Assembly: GCA_964016885.1 (NCBI GenBank)
Contig: OZ024743.1
Coordinates: 327,980,001 to 328,044,000, forward strand
Source of the DNA: Eledone cirrhosa
Taxonomy: Eukaryota
Length of the DNA: 64,000 nucleotides
Direction of reading: 5' to 3'
Shown here: positions 23,673 to 36,300 of the stretch, piece by piece
How the letters are laid out: each line of letters starts with the position of its first letter
Numbering within the stretch: position 1 is the first letter of the stretch
The notes under the pieces: generated by a model
Seen by the model: only the letters and a program-made list of their open reading frames with translations
What the model was told of the DNA's origin: nothing
Databases searched by the model: none
Program-made: the position numbers and the translations under genes

Positions 23673-26250
23673 TGTGTGGGCTGGGTGCTTTTTTGCCATG
23701 GCACCTCCACGACCACCTTGCAGTGGGAGGGTGTGGGGGCATATTGTCTATATGCTTCAGTTTGTACCCATGGGAGGTCGGGTAGTCTGTATTACTGCAT
23801 GACGCCAGAGGTCACGGTCGTGTGTCATCGCCTTTGAGAGGTGTAATTGGGTAAGGTCGGCTTTTATCACCTCATCCCAGGTCTTCTTGGGTCTCCCCAT
23901 TCCGCGATTTCCATTGACTTCTAGTGTTCTGCACCTTTTTATGCAGCTGTCATCCTTCATACGCATCACATGTCCATACCAACGCAACCGCCTCTCCTGC
24001 ACACAGCATTTGATTCCTCTTATGCTCAGTCTCTCTCTCAATTCATTTATGCTTTGTCGTTCGCGTATATTACTATTAGACATCTATCGGAGCATGCAGG
24101 CTTCGTTTCTTTCTAATCTACGTAAGTCTTCCACCTTCAGCGCCCTGGTCTCACTACCATGTAACATTGCTGTTCAGATACACGCATTATACAGTCTGCC
24201 TTTCATTTTGAGGGAGAAGCCTTTTGCAGCTAGCAGTGGCAGTAGTTCCCTGAACTTCTTCCATCCCGTTCTTACCCTAGTTATTGTACTTTCTGAACAC
24301 CCACCTCCTCCGCTGCTAATTCGGTCACCTAGGTAGCAGAAGCTGTCTGCTGTTTCTACAGAGCCCTCCCAGAGATTGGTGGTACTTGTTTCCTGTGGCT
24401 ATTTGCTGCTTGCTGTCCCAGCACAGCTGCTGCATGTGAAGCCTACATTCTTAATTAAGCTTCCTGAGATCCCGCTACATCTCTTGTGTACCCATTGTTT
24501 GAATTTGGGGCAGAGAATGGAGTTCCTACCTACACCTTTCCTACATACTGAGCAAGGCCATTTCCCTGAGGGGATCTGAGTTCTGTTTTCTCATCTACTT
24601 ACAAGGGCCTTAGTCTTTGTCATGTTGACTTTGAGACCCTTTTTTTCTAGTCCCTGCTTCCAAGTTTGGAATTTCTTCTCTAGTTCTACTATAGATTCAG
24701 CTATAAGTGCGAGGTCATCAGCATACAGGAGTTCCCATGGGCATCCGGTCTTAAACTCCTACGTTATTGCCTGCAGGACTATGATGAACAGGAGAGGGCT
24801 AAGAACAGAGCCCTGGTGGACACCAACCTGTACACTAAATTTCTCGCTATACTCATTGCTAATCCTAACTTTGCTGACTGCTCCCCTATACATGGCTTGA
24901 ACAGCTTTCACAAGCCATTCATCTACTCCTAGTTTTCTATGAGCCCACCAGATTATAGCACGTGGAACTCTGTCAAAGGCTTTCTCAAGATCGACGAATG
25001 TCAGGTAGAGTGGCTTACTTTTAGCTAGGTACTTTTCCTGTAACTGCCTCACAAGGAAGAGGGCATCAGTGGTGCCTCTTCCTGGTACAAACCCAAATTG
25101 CATCTCATCTAGTTTCACCCGGTCCCTAATCAACTGTGCTATAACTCTTTCTGTTACTTTCATGACCTGGTCCATCAGCTTTATACCTCTATAGTTTCCT
25201 CTATCTAGTGCATCACCTTTACCTTTGTAGCAGTTGACAATGATGCTACTGCACCAATCTTTTGGTATGACACCTTCTAGTATTACCTGGTTAACAATAC
25301 ATGTGGTTATAGTGTGACCTACAGACCCAGATGCCTTCAGCATCTCGGCAGCTATACCCGATGGACCGGTTGCCTTCCCCATCATATCTTTGATTGCCTT
25401 ACTTACTACGCGGTTGCTGACTTGTACTGCTGGCCCCTCTATAGGGTCTACTTGGAGTAGGGTCTCTTCTTCCCATGCATTCTCCTCATTTAGTAATCTA
25501 TCATAATGGCTCTTCCATGCATCTTTTTTCTCAGCACTTGTGAGGGCAAGCTCACCTTTATCATTCCGGATACACTTCTCTCCAATGACATCACAATTCT
25601 GTCTGACACACTGCCTCGCAATCTTGAACACCTATTTCTGGTCCTCACGTTGCAAAACATGCTTGAATTTTATATCCTCTGCTTCCCTCCTAGCTAAGTA
25701 TACTTGTCACCTAGCTTCCCTCTTGGTCTCTATGTAATGTACCCTGCTCCCCCCGTTCTTCCATTCTTTCCCTGCCTGTTTCTTGGCCTTAACTGCCTCA
25801 TCTACCTTATTGTTCCCCCACCAAGTCACTCTCCTCCTGCTTGTGGTCTTTCTCCAGCCACAGATCTCATCCGTCGCCTCTAGTAAGTTATTTTTTAGGA
25901 ACTCCCAGTGCTCTTCTACATTGAATGTCTCTATCTATTCTTCTTTACTGTCATAGGCGTTGAGTAAAATATCTTTAAATCTGTTACTGGCTGAGGGGTC
26001 TTTCAGCTTCTAGACCTTTCTTCTCCAGGTTGGCCTCTGTTTCCAGGTTCGTCTAGTTCTGACCGTGAAGTCGCTCACAACTAAGCTATGTTGGGAGGTA
26101 CATTCCTCACTAGGGTAGGCTTTTGTGTTTACGACCGTCCATCTGTCACGTCCTCTGATGAGGATAAAATCTATCTGACTAGAATGCTCCTTTGATCTAT
26201 AGGTGATCAGGTGGTTGTCGGGTTTTTTGAAGTTTGTGTTACATATCGAT

Positions 26251-26593
26251 GGCGGCACATGGCTTAGTGGTTAGAGCATTGGCCTTGCAATCGAAAGGTT
26301 GTGAGTTCAATTCTCAGACCGGGTGATGTGTTGTTTCCTTCAGCAAGACAATTTATTTCACATTGCTCCAGTTTACTCAGCTGTAGAAATGAGATGATAG
26401 GGACTGGGGTCCATATCATTCCACTGCAAAGTGGTCGTGGAGGTGCCACGGCAAAAAAGCACCCAGCACTCACTGTAAATGAGGTTGTTGTTAGGAAGGG
26501 CATCCAGCTGTAGAAATCAAGCCAAAATCAGTTCCCGTCCCACCCTTGAAAGCAAGGAAAAAGTGGACGTAAAATGAAATGATGATGATGATG
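26251..26593 (+). mobile_element. SINE family A inserted in the RTE APE domain
   Basis: Full head and tail; ATCGAT duplicated on both sides; RTE reading TNDIS|ICNTNF is split. Confidence 0.92.
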
Positions 26594-27493
26594 ATCGATA
26601 TGTCATTGGTGTCACAGAATTCTAGAAGTCTGAATCCTTCTTCATTTCTTGTGCCAACCCCGTGGCCTCCATGGACTCTATTGAAGCCATCACAGTGTTT
26701 ACCTACGTGTCCGTTAAAATCTCCTGCGATGATTAGGAAGTCATTGTCATTTGTTAGAGCAGTAGTGTGCATTAGGGACTCGTAAAACCTATCCTTAAGT
26801 TCGTCTGGCAACCCCGATTGGGGGTGCGTAAGCTGATATTATTGTGGTAATTGTTTTATTCAGGACTAGTCTGAGTTTAATGATTCTTGCATTTACCCTG
26901 TACACTGAGGTTACTTTATCTACCCACTTGTCAGCTAGTAGTATACCTACACCACCCATCCCATCGTCATTTCCCACCCAGAAAAATTTGTAGCACTGAC
27001 TTTTTCCTACAAGGACTCTATCAGACTCTCCTCTCCATCTAGTCTCTTGCACACAGCATACATCAATTTCCTTTCGCTCTAGCATTTCTACTATTTCTCC
27101 TGCTCTTCCTTTCATTGTGCTTACATTGATGGTATCAACTCGGAGTTTTGGGCATTTGTCGACACTCGTAGGGAAGGGTCGATTTTTGCAGGGGTGTGTG
27201 TGTGCTTCCTGTCTCTGGACTGGGGCTTCACATGGGTGCTTGGTAGCTCGCGGATTCATATTCATTTCATCTATTAATTCAGAGTTGCTCCAATTTATTC
27301 TCAGCTCATCCATACATAACGGTAGGAAAATTCAGGGCTAGAAGAACAGTGGTGGTGGTAATAATGGCAGGGTGTGTTGGGCTGAGACGGGGCAGGAGAG
27401 AGTTAGGTGGTAGTAGTAGTAGTAAAAATGGCATGCTGAGGTTTGATTGGTCGAATAGGCTATGGTGGTGTGGGTGGGAAATTGTGAAATATG

Positions 27494-27557
<64 letters not shown>

Positions 27558-27605
27558 TATGTAAATATATATATATACATATATATAAATATATATACAT
27601 ATATA

Positions 27606-27885
27606 GACCGGGGGATGTATTGTTTCCTTGAGCAAGACACTTTATTTCACATTGCTCCAGTTTACTCAGCTGTAGAAATGAGATGATAGGGACTGGGGTC
27701 CATATCATTCCACTGCAAAGTGGTCGTGCAGGTGCCACGGCAAAAAAGCACCCAGCACTCACTGTAAATGAGGTTGGTGTTAGGAAGGGCATCCAGCTGT
27801 AGAAATCAAGCCAAAATCAGTTACCGTCCCACCCTTGCAAGCAGGGAAAAAGCGGACGTAAAATGAAATGATGAATGATGATGAT
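27606..27885 (+). mobile_element. SINE family A, 5'-truncated
   Basis: Body and tail match 26251. Confidence 0.88.
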
Positions 27886-28021
27886 ATATATATAAATATA
27901 TATACATATATATAATTATATTTATATATATAAATATATATATACATATATATAAATATATATATTGTGTATAAGTAGTCGATCTCTCAGACTTTTACAA
28001 AGCACTGAGAAGATAAAATTA

Positions 28022-28204
28022 ATATAAAGAATGGTGTGCTCAAGCACGAAGATGCTATAAAATAGTTTATTAAATAGGGTGAAGACCCTTAATGAGGGAA
28101 AAAGAAGTTCCCATTGGTTGATGGCAACTTTTTTCTGTCTTTAAAGGGTCGTCATCCTATTTCATAATTTATTTTATAGCATCTCCATGCATAAATACAT
28201 CATT

Positions 28205-28212
<8 letters not shown>
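28022..28212. repeat. Imperfect hairpin element between (TA)n tracts
   Basis: ataaagaatggtgt...gatgctataaaata...aaatagggtgaagaccctt pairs with aagggtcgtcatcctattt...tattttatagcatc...catcattctttat. Confidence 0.6.
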
Positions 28213-28235
<23 letters not shown>

Positions 28236-28242
<7 letters not shown>

Positions 28243-28403
28243 AAAACAAAGACTCAGTGATGTATCAGAACACAATTTATTACGTATTACAATTGTTTCT
28301 CCGGCGAACAGCTCGAGGTGCGATCTGTTTGAGGATCAAACCTGACTCTGGATTCGCAAGTTCCTCAGATACGTCTAGTGACTTTGAAGCAAATTCTCTT
28401 TCA

Positions 28404-28439
<36 letters not shown>

Positions 28440-28690
28440 ATGAGAGAGAGAATTTGCTTCGAAGTCACTAGACGTATCTGAGGAACTTGCGAATCCAGAG
28501 TCAGGTTTGATCCTCAAACAGATCGCACCTCGAGCTGTTCGCCGGAGAAACAATTGTAATACGTAATAAATTGTGTTCCGATGCATCACTGAGTCTTTAG
28601 TTTCATTTTATCATACTCTGCTCCGAAAGAGCATAGAGTGCTCAACTGGCATACCGCCTATGAACGCATCCTAGTAACCATACGACAGAC
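28236..28690. mobile_element. Foldback HHR element: inverted arms around a (TA)n spacer
   Basis: 28236-28400 is inverted to 28447-28611; the continuation to 28690 is homologous to 41775-41885. Confidence 0.75.
28472..28564 (+). ncRNA. Hammerhead ribozyme motif with ~60-nt stem-II insertion (inverted twin at 28282-28374)
   Basis: ACGTAT-CTGAGGA-[acttgcgaa tccagagtc agg...cct cgagctg ttcgccgga]-GAAAC-AATT-GTA-ATACGT. Confidence 0.68.
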
Positions 28691-28727
28691 ATATATATAT
28701 ATATGTATATATATATACACATAATTT

Positions 28728-29060
28728 TTGTGCGTGAACAGCCAAGCATAGATGAGTTGAGAGAGAAACTGTTTATAAGAGGAATAAGTTGTAGTGTGCA
28801 GGAGACAAGACTGCGATGGTATGGACATGTGATACACATGGATGATGACCACTGGGTAAAGAAGTGCCAAGAAATCCCAGTAGAAAGAAGACGCAGTAGA
28901 GGAAGACCACAAAAAACAAGGGCGGAAGTGGTGAGAGCAGACCTCAGATTGTTGAAGCTCACAGAGGAGATGACGAAAGGCCGTGACAAGTGGAGAGATG
29001 CTGTGCTGAATAGGTCCTGTCCCACCCTCGCAAGCAGAGAAAAGCGTACGTAAAATGATA
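28728..29060 (+). mobile_element. RTE 3' fragment
   Basis: RLRWYGHV...WVKKCQEIPVE...RGRP; matches 7310-7640. Confidence 0.85.
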
Positions 29061-29811
29061 ATATGTGTGTGCGTGTGTGTGTATGTATACATATATATAT
29101 ATATTGTCTAACCCATGCTAGCGTGGAAAGTGGTCGTTAAACGAGGATGATGATGATGATATACATATATATACATACATACATTGATATATATATACAT
29201 ATATATATACATATATATATATACATATATTTATATACATATATTTATATACATATATTTATATACATATACGTGGTTTTGTCTTTGCGTGTTATTGTTC
29301 TCCACGCTCTACATATGACGTATTATCTTCGTTTTTTTCGTTCATTGCCAGAGAACGTCTCTATGCACCACCTAAGAGAACATTAGTCTACGACCTCTTT
29401 ATACCATAAACGTGGTTCTGTCTTTGCGCGTAAATGTTTTTCACCGCTCCTATTAATGACGTATTATATTCGTTTTTTCCCATTCTTAGCCAGCGAACGT
29501 CACCACGAACCAAAGTATCGTCTTCCTGTCTTCCTCCGGTTGCAACGTTTTTTGAAATATCCAGTTCTGCGTTTACAGATTGACTTTGTTAGTTTCAGAA
29601 GATCCCGTTAAGGGTGAAAGCAGCGATTCTTTGCTTAAACTTTAATCTGTTATTTTAATAAATATTTGCTCTACGGTTCTTATATATTTGATATATATTT
29701 ATCCTTATCGAGCCCTCTTTGGATTTTAGTCTTCAAATTTATTATTATTACTATATTTATATACATATATTTATATACATATATTTATATACATATATTT
29801 ATATATATATA

Positions 29812-32308
29812 CTAGCAGAAGTACCCGGCGTTGCCCGGGTGTAAGTCGACCTTTGGTCTGTTAGAATGTGTGAAAGTTACTTCCCGCGCATCACAGGTTC
29901 AAAACTTCGAACTTCAATGGAAAAAAATAGGTTAGTAGACACAGGTGTGTAATTTATTAATTGTAGTTACACAGTGTATCGTTGAAATTGTTCTCTGCAC
30001 GACTGACGGAAGTCAAAATCGCTTGATATTGAATGTTCAGTTAATTTAAAGCAGGGTGAAAATGTTGATTACTTTCAGGGTTTTTTTTTTTTACAATTTT
30101 TGCGCTCACATGTGCAGAAAAAGAATTAAAAGGGCCTTTATCTTAACCGCGGCATAATGGCGAGTCTTTTGTGACAGTTTTCAAGAATATAGGACGTTCC
30201 TGTAAAAAGTTTTCCCATGTGTAACTTTGCCTTGTTTTTTTGCGCAAAGTCGAGCTCCGCTTCAGTTTTATTGATTTTTTACATCAATGCGTGATCTCTG
30301 AAGTAGATTTGAGTAGCTAAAAACCTGTCCCGGTAAATTTGCTATAGGTGAAAAAAAGTTGATCAAAATTGTATCTAGGGTTATTGCCCTTTGCCACAGC
30401 CTCAAGCCTCGTCTGACGGGATGTTGGTGATTCCTCCGTCAGCGCTTGTTGGCGACGAAGGCGAACATCAGCAAGCCTTGTCGTACGTGATGTTGGTGAC
30501 TCAACCAGCCGGGAAAGACGTCTATCAGCGAGTCGAGATTCGCGCTCAGCAGGTGTTTCCTAGAGAAAATTAATTAATTCTACTGGTTAGCTAAGCCAAT
30601 GGCAGTGTCAATAGTAAATGAGAAAAGTCTAACATGAACAAAAGGGAATCAAGGTAAGACAATAAATTTAATATAACTACGATTAGAATGTTGTAGTTGC
30701 TTAAAAGTGGTGACAGGATAAACGCAGTACTTGCTAACATTAAGGGAGAATATTGCATAAAGGATTAATCAATTGTGAATGAACTCATACCCGAGAACGC
30801 CTAATTCGTTGTCTCAAAGCAATAGCTGTACCTTTTTTGGAGGTAAGTCTTGAACGTTTCCGTGTGGGCATAACGACGTGTAATGAAGCTGTTAGGTTAG
30901 AGAGAGGTGATTAAATACAGAGAGAGATGACACCAGATTCGTTAGCATGGTTACTGGTGAATGGGAAGGTTTGGAAATATGATTACAATAACTTACCGAA
31001 TTTTCCTGTCTATAAATTGCACTTAAAATAATTAAATTTAATCAAAAAACAGCTCTGCGCTTTATACTCCGGTGAGCCTTATGTATAAATAATACAATGG
31101 TAATCAATCACGGCTCTAACAGAAGTAATAGATCTAGACTAAAAGTAAAGAAGATAGCATTTTCTGGTTGGCCTTACATGCCGTTGCGCGGACGTGATTT
31201 TAAATGATACGCCTTATATCCTGGTGAGCCTTATAGAGCGGAAAATATCTATTGGAAAAGAATACGAATTCATGACCAAAGTGTGACAAAATAGGCGTCT
31301 ATACAGCGCCTGAAACAAACTTGTCGAAAACCCTAGGATTTTTTTCGTTAAGTATCCACCCAAAAGGAACCGTTTTTTAGTTACAAAAAATAACCAAAGT
31401 GTATAGTAGCTATATTTCTGACATATCATGCCAAAAAGAACAATATATTAAAAAAATGTTCTAAAGTACATTCAATCTCTCTTTTTGACCGATATCTTAA
31501 TAAGCAAGTTATCGATTTTTTATTGGCTGTCAGTGTCTATCTGCATGCAGGTGTGCATGTGTGCGCAATTAATTGCAAATACGCTCATAACATTTAGTCG
31601 TAAGCAGAACAAAAAATGCCATTAGAGGTGGGCTAATAATGAAGACACAAACCCTGGTGAACTTACGTTTAAACACCCGAAAAGTTACTCACTTCCTGTG
31701 CAAAAGACTGTATTATAAATTAAGTAATTTTTTAGAATCTTTTGTTTAAAAAAGGAAAACATTGGTACAACGTAAATTTTTTTACTTGTATTGTATGTGT
31801 ACAACACAACTTAGTCAACGTATTATTTATTAATTTTTTTTCAAAAAGCATGATTATTTAAGACTGTTTGAAAATTTACTCACAGCTTTTAGGTTCACAA
31901 AAGACACCATTAAATTTGGTTCCCTTTTCAGATAGGGATAATACTGTATTTCCACTTGAATAAGGTGGAATATGAAAAGAAACTCTTTAATGGTCGGTCG
32001 TTTACTGAGACAGCTGGGAAGACATGCAGCTGGCCGTCCAATTAATAATGCACGTCCTTATATGGGCATATGAAATTTATTTTTATTGCGCCAGATGTAA
32101 ACTAAGAGTTCTTGTGTTCGAATTCACATAAAATTTCATTGGAATCGAAAAACATTCTGTCATAGGGCCCGATTATCGATTTTTCGAAAATTTCCACTCT
32201 ACGCGTTGAGTTTTATATATGTGTGAGGTTTCATGAAAATTGGATGAACGGTGTAGCAGGCAAGTTCGGTACACTAAACAATGTCCATCTTCCCTTTATA
32301 TATATAGA
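29812..32308 (-). mobile_element. Non-autonomous Helitron, family H2
   Basis: Minus-strand 3' end cccgggcaacgccggg-tacttctg-CTAG|T; 5' end A|TCtatatatataaaggg; no Rep/helicase ORF visible. Confidence 0.75.
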
Positions 32309-32324
32309 TTTATATATATATATA

Positions 32325-32928
32325 CTAGCATTAAAGCCCAGCGTTGCTCGGGGTCATTAAGTTACCAAAGTTAGGTTGCACCACCCATTTTATGGCAGCA
32401 CTTTTTTGTCTGCCAGGCACTGGGTGAATGAATTGCAGACCTGTAAGCATGAGCTGCGCCAGCAGTGACAATTGTAGTTTCGCCTATGGATATTATCTCT
32501 GTGCAAAAAAGTGTTTAAATTTATTGTTTCACAGTACTTGCGCAACACGTGCGTAAACGATGCCAGCCGAACAACAGAGTTGCGATGGAGTTGTTCTGCA
32601 TGGTTGTCTGTGTGTTTTCTAAATTTAAGACAGTAGGGAGTGGTATGAACGGACAGTATCACCATCAAGCTTGGAAAGAGAAAGTAGCAGAAAGTATGAA
32701 GTTGTATAGATTTTGAATGGTAGTAGAAAGAGTTCCGCAATTTAAATGAGAGAGAAAAATCGTAAAATATTGAGTTTTTGCGTAATTGTGGGTGAAATTG
32801 AAAAAATTATCTGCGTCTAGACGCAATCGAAACTATTTCGAGTACTGAATTGTAAATTTCAATTGAAAAAATTCTATATCGTAGATTTCTATAATGAAGG
32901 AGCATGACCACACACTGAGCTTTATAGA
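32325..32928 (-). mobile_element. Non-autonomous Helitron, family H3
   Basis: 3' cccgagcaacgctggg-ctttaatg-CTAG|T; 5' A|TCtataaagctcagtgtgtg. Confidence 0.72.
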
Positions 32929-32931
32929 TTA

Positions 32932-33026
<95 letters not shown>

Positions 33027-33129
33027 TATATACATATATATATATATATAAATATATATATATACATATATATATATACATATACATATATACATATACA
33101 TATATATATATATACATATATATATATAC

Positions 33130-33352
33130 ATATTTTAAGGAACGATCGACTTTCGTCAAATCGGACCGAGGGAACAATGTTTCCGTTGGTCTTTCCAATT
33201 GCTAATACTATCTATCGGTCGCAACTCCAGGTAGAAGGAGCAACGTGAAATAAAGTGTCTTGCTCAAGGACATAACGCATCGCCTGGTCCAGGAATCGAA
33301 CTCACAACCTTACGATTGCGAATCCAATTCTCTAACAACTCAGCCACACGCC
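33130..33352 (-). mobile_element. tRNA-derived SINE family C
   Basis: Head ggcgtgtggctgagttgttagag...gagttcgattcc; gtccttgagcaagacactt; tail shared with 8490-8580. Confidence 0.75.
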
Positions 33353-33377
33353 TTCATATATATATATATACATATAT

Positions 33378-36300
33378 ATCATCATCATCATCATCAACGT
33401 TTAACGTCCGTGTTCCACGCTTGCATGGGTTTGGACGGGGGTAGTCCCACTTGAGGCAAGAGTGATTGTCTTGCTCGCATAGGACTGCCTGGCAGGTTTT
33501 CTACAGTTGGATGCCCTTCCTAACACCAACCACATTTACAGTGTGGGTCTGGGAGGTTTTTACCGTGTTGCCTACACGGCCACATTACAGCGTGGACTGT
33601 GTGTTTTTTTGTCGTGACACCTACACGATCTCATTTGTTTCGGCCTCGATGGCGCGGCACCAACATAACTTTACATAGAACGGGGTGGTGTGGATGGGGT
33701 GGGGGTGGTGGTGGTGGGACGGGGTGTATTTTGTTAGAGATGCCTACTGGCTCGAGTAGGTTTTACTATATATTTAGGTAAGGCGGGTCTTCTCTGTTAC
33801 TGAGTACCGCCAAAGGTCTCGGTCCAGTGACATTGTCTTGGAGAGGTGTAAGTGTGTGATGTCGGAGTTTATCAGCTCGTCCCAGGTTTTTCTAGGTCTG
33901 CCTATTCCGTGACTACCGTCTATCTTTATTGCCCTGCACTTTGTTATACAGCTATCGACTTTCATGCGCATCACGTGTCCATACCAACGTAGCCTTCTCT
34001 CGAGTAAACAACATCTGATCCCTCTTATCTCTAATTTTTTCCTTAGTTCGTTTATGCTTTGCCGTTCACGTATATTACTGTTACACATCCAGCGGAGCAT
34101 GCAAGCTTCGTTCCTCTCTAGTCTGCGTATATCCTCTGCACACAATGCCCAGGTCTCACTGCCATGCAGCATTGCTGTTCGTATGCAGGCATCGTACAAC
34201 CTGCCTTTCATTTTTAGTGAGAACCCTTTAGCAGCTAATAGTGGTATAAGCTCTCTGAACTTTTTCCAACCAGTTCTGACTCTAGCTACAGTACTTTCAG
34301 AGCACCCTCCCCCACTGCTGATTTTATCGCCCAGGTAACGGAAGCTGTCCACTATTTCTATGGAACCCTCTGCGCAATTGAAAGAGCTAGTATTTTGTGG
34401 GCACTTGCTGCTACTTATTGCACCAGAGCACCGGCCACATGTAAAATCTATGTTCTTAGTTAGCTTACCTGTGATCCCACTACATCTTTTATGCACCCAT
34501 ACTTTGCATTTAGGACATAAAATGGAGTTTCTACCTACGCCTTTCCTACACACCGAGCACGACCATTTCCCAGAAGGGACCGCCGCCTTGTTTTCTTTCC
34601 TACAAACTAGTACTTTGGTCTTAGCCAGGTTAATTTTAAGTCCTTTTGACTCTAGGCCGTGCTTCCATGTTTGGAATTTCTTCTCTAGCTCGGCCATTGA
34701 TTCCGCTATGAGTGTCAGGTCGTCTGCGTATAGGAGTTCCCATGGGCAGCCTGTCTTGAACTCCTCTGTTATAGCCTGAAGGGCAATAATAAATAGTAGT
34801 GGGCTGAGAACAGAGCCCTGATGGACGCCAACTTTTACGCTAAACTCTTCACTATATTCGTTGTTAATTCTAACCTTGCTGACTGTTTCTTTATACATGG
34901 CTTGTATAGCCCTCACAAGCCATTCGTCAACACCTAGTTTTCTAAGAGCCCACCAGATAATGGAGCGGGGGACTCTGTCGAAGGCTTTCTCCAAGTCGAC
35001 AAAAGCTAAGTAGAGGGGTTTACCTTTAGCTAGGTACTTCTCCTGTAGTTGTCGTACTATGAAAAGAGCGTCTGTGGTACTTTTGCCTGACACAAACCCG
35101 AACTGCATTTCATCTAGGTCAATTCTCTCTCTGATTAGTTGCGCTATTACTTTTTCCGTGACCTTCATGACCTGGTCGATTAATTTAATGCCTCTATAGT
35201 TACTCCTATCTAGGGCGTCTCCTTTACCCTTATAACAGTTAACGATGATGCTGCTATGCCAGTCCTTCGGAACAACCCCATTCTGTACGACTTGGTTAAC
35301 TATGCGGGTGACCATGGTGTGTCCCACCGTGCCAGATGCCTTCAGCATCTCAGCAACTATTTCCGAAGGCCCAGCCGCCTTACCCGTCTTCGTATCCTTG
35401 ATTGCCTTACTTATTATACTCCCCTCGACTAACACTGCTGGTCCCTCTATTGGGTCGATATGGGGGAGACTGTCTTTCTCCCATTTATTCTCCTCATTTA
35501 GTAGCCTTTCATAGTGACACTTCCAAGCTACCTTCTTATCAGCGTCGGTGATGGCAAGTGTGCCATCGTCGTTTAGTACACACTTCTCCCCGACAATATC
35601 ACGGTTTTCCTTGACGCATTGCCTAGCAATCCTGAACACCTCACGTTTTTGGTCATCGCGTTGTAGAACATGCTTGAACTTTCTTTCCTCAGCTTCCCTT
35701 CTTGCTAAGTACACTTGTCTCCTAGCTTCCCTCCTGGCCACTTGATAGTCTTCTCTACTTCCCCCATACCGCCATACTTTCCAAGCCTGCTTTTTGGCCT
35801 TAATTGACCCCTCCACCTTACTGTTCCACCACCATGTTACTCTCCTCCTGCCTACAGGCCTGCTCCGGCCACAGACTTCGTCTGTCGCCAACAGCAGGTT
35901 TGCTTTCAGAAATTCCCACTCTCCCTCTATATTGTCCGACTCTAAATGTTCTTCCTTACTGTCGAAAGCATCAAGTAATATGCTTTGAAATTTATTCCTG
36001 GCTGTGGGGTCCTTTAGCTTCCATATTTTTCTCCTGAGGATAGTCCTCTTCTGCTGTCGAGTACGTCTCGTCCTGACTATGAGGTCGCTAATTATCAGTC
36101 TATGTTGGGAGGTGCATTCTTCATGGGGGAGGGATTTAGTGTTTACAACAGACACTCTGTCACGTCTTCTGGTAAGGATATAATCTACCTGGCTTGTGTG
36201 TTCCCCGGATCTATAGGTGATCAGGTGATTGTCACGTTTTTTGAAGTTAGTGTTACAGATAGTTAGGTTATTTGCATCACAGAATTCTAGGATTCTGGAG

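Larger units (their letters stand above)
22985..27420 (-). mobile_element. Full-length but decayed RTE LINE (APE-RT-PHD), with nested SINE and RTE
   Basis: APE motifs (TINVSTM, VQETRW, GDFNGH, IDFIL) at 26000-27313; RT at 23757-25631 with stops and frameshifts; 3' UTR and (GAT)n tail at 22985-23750. Confidence 0.92.
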
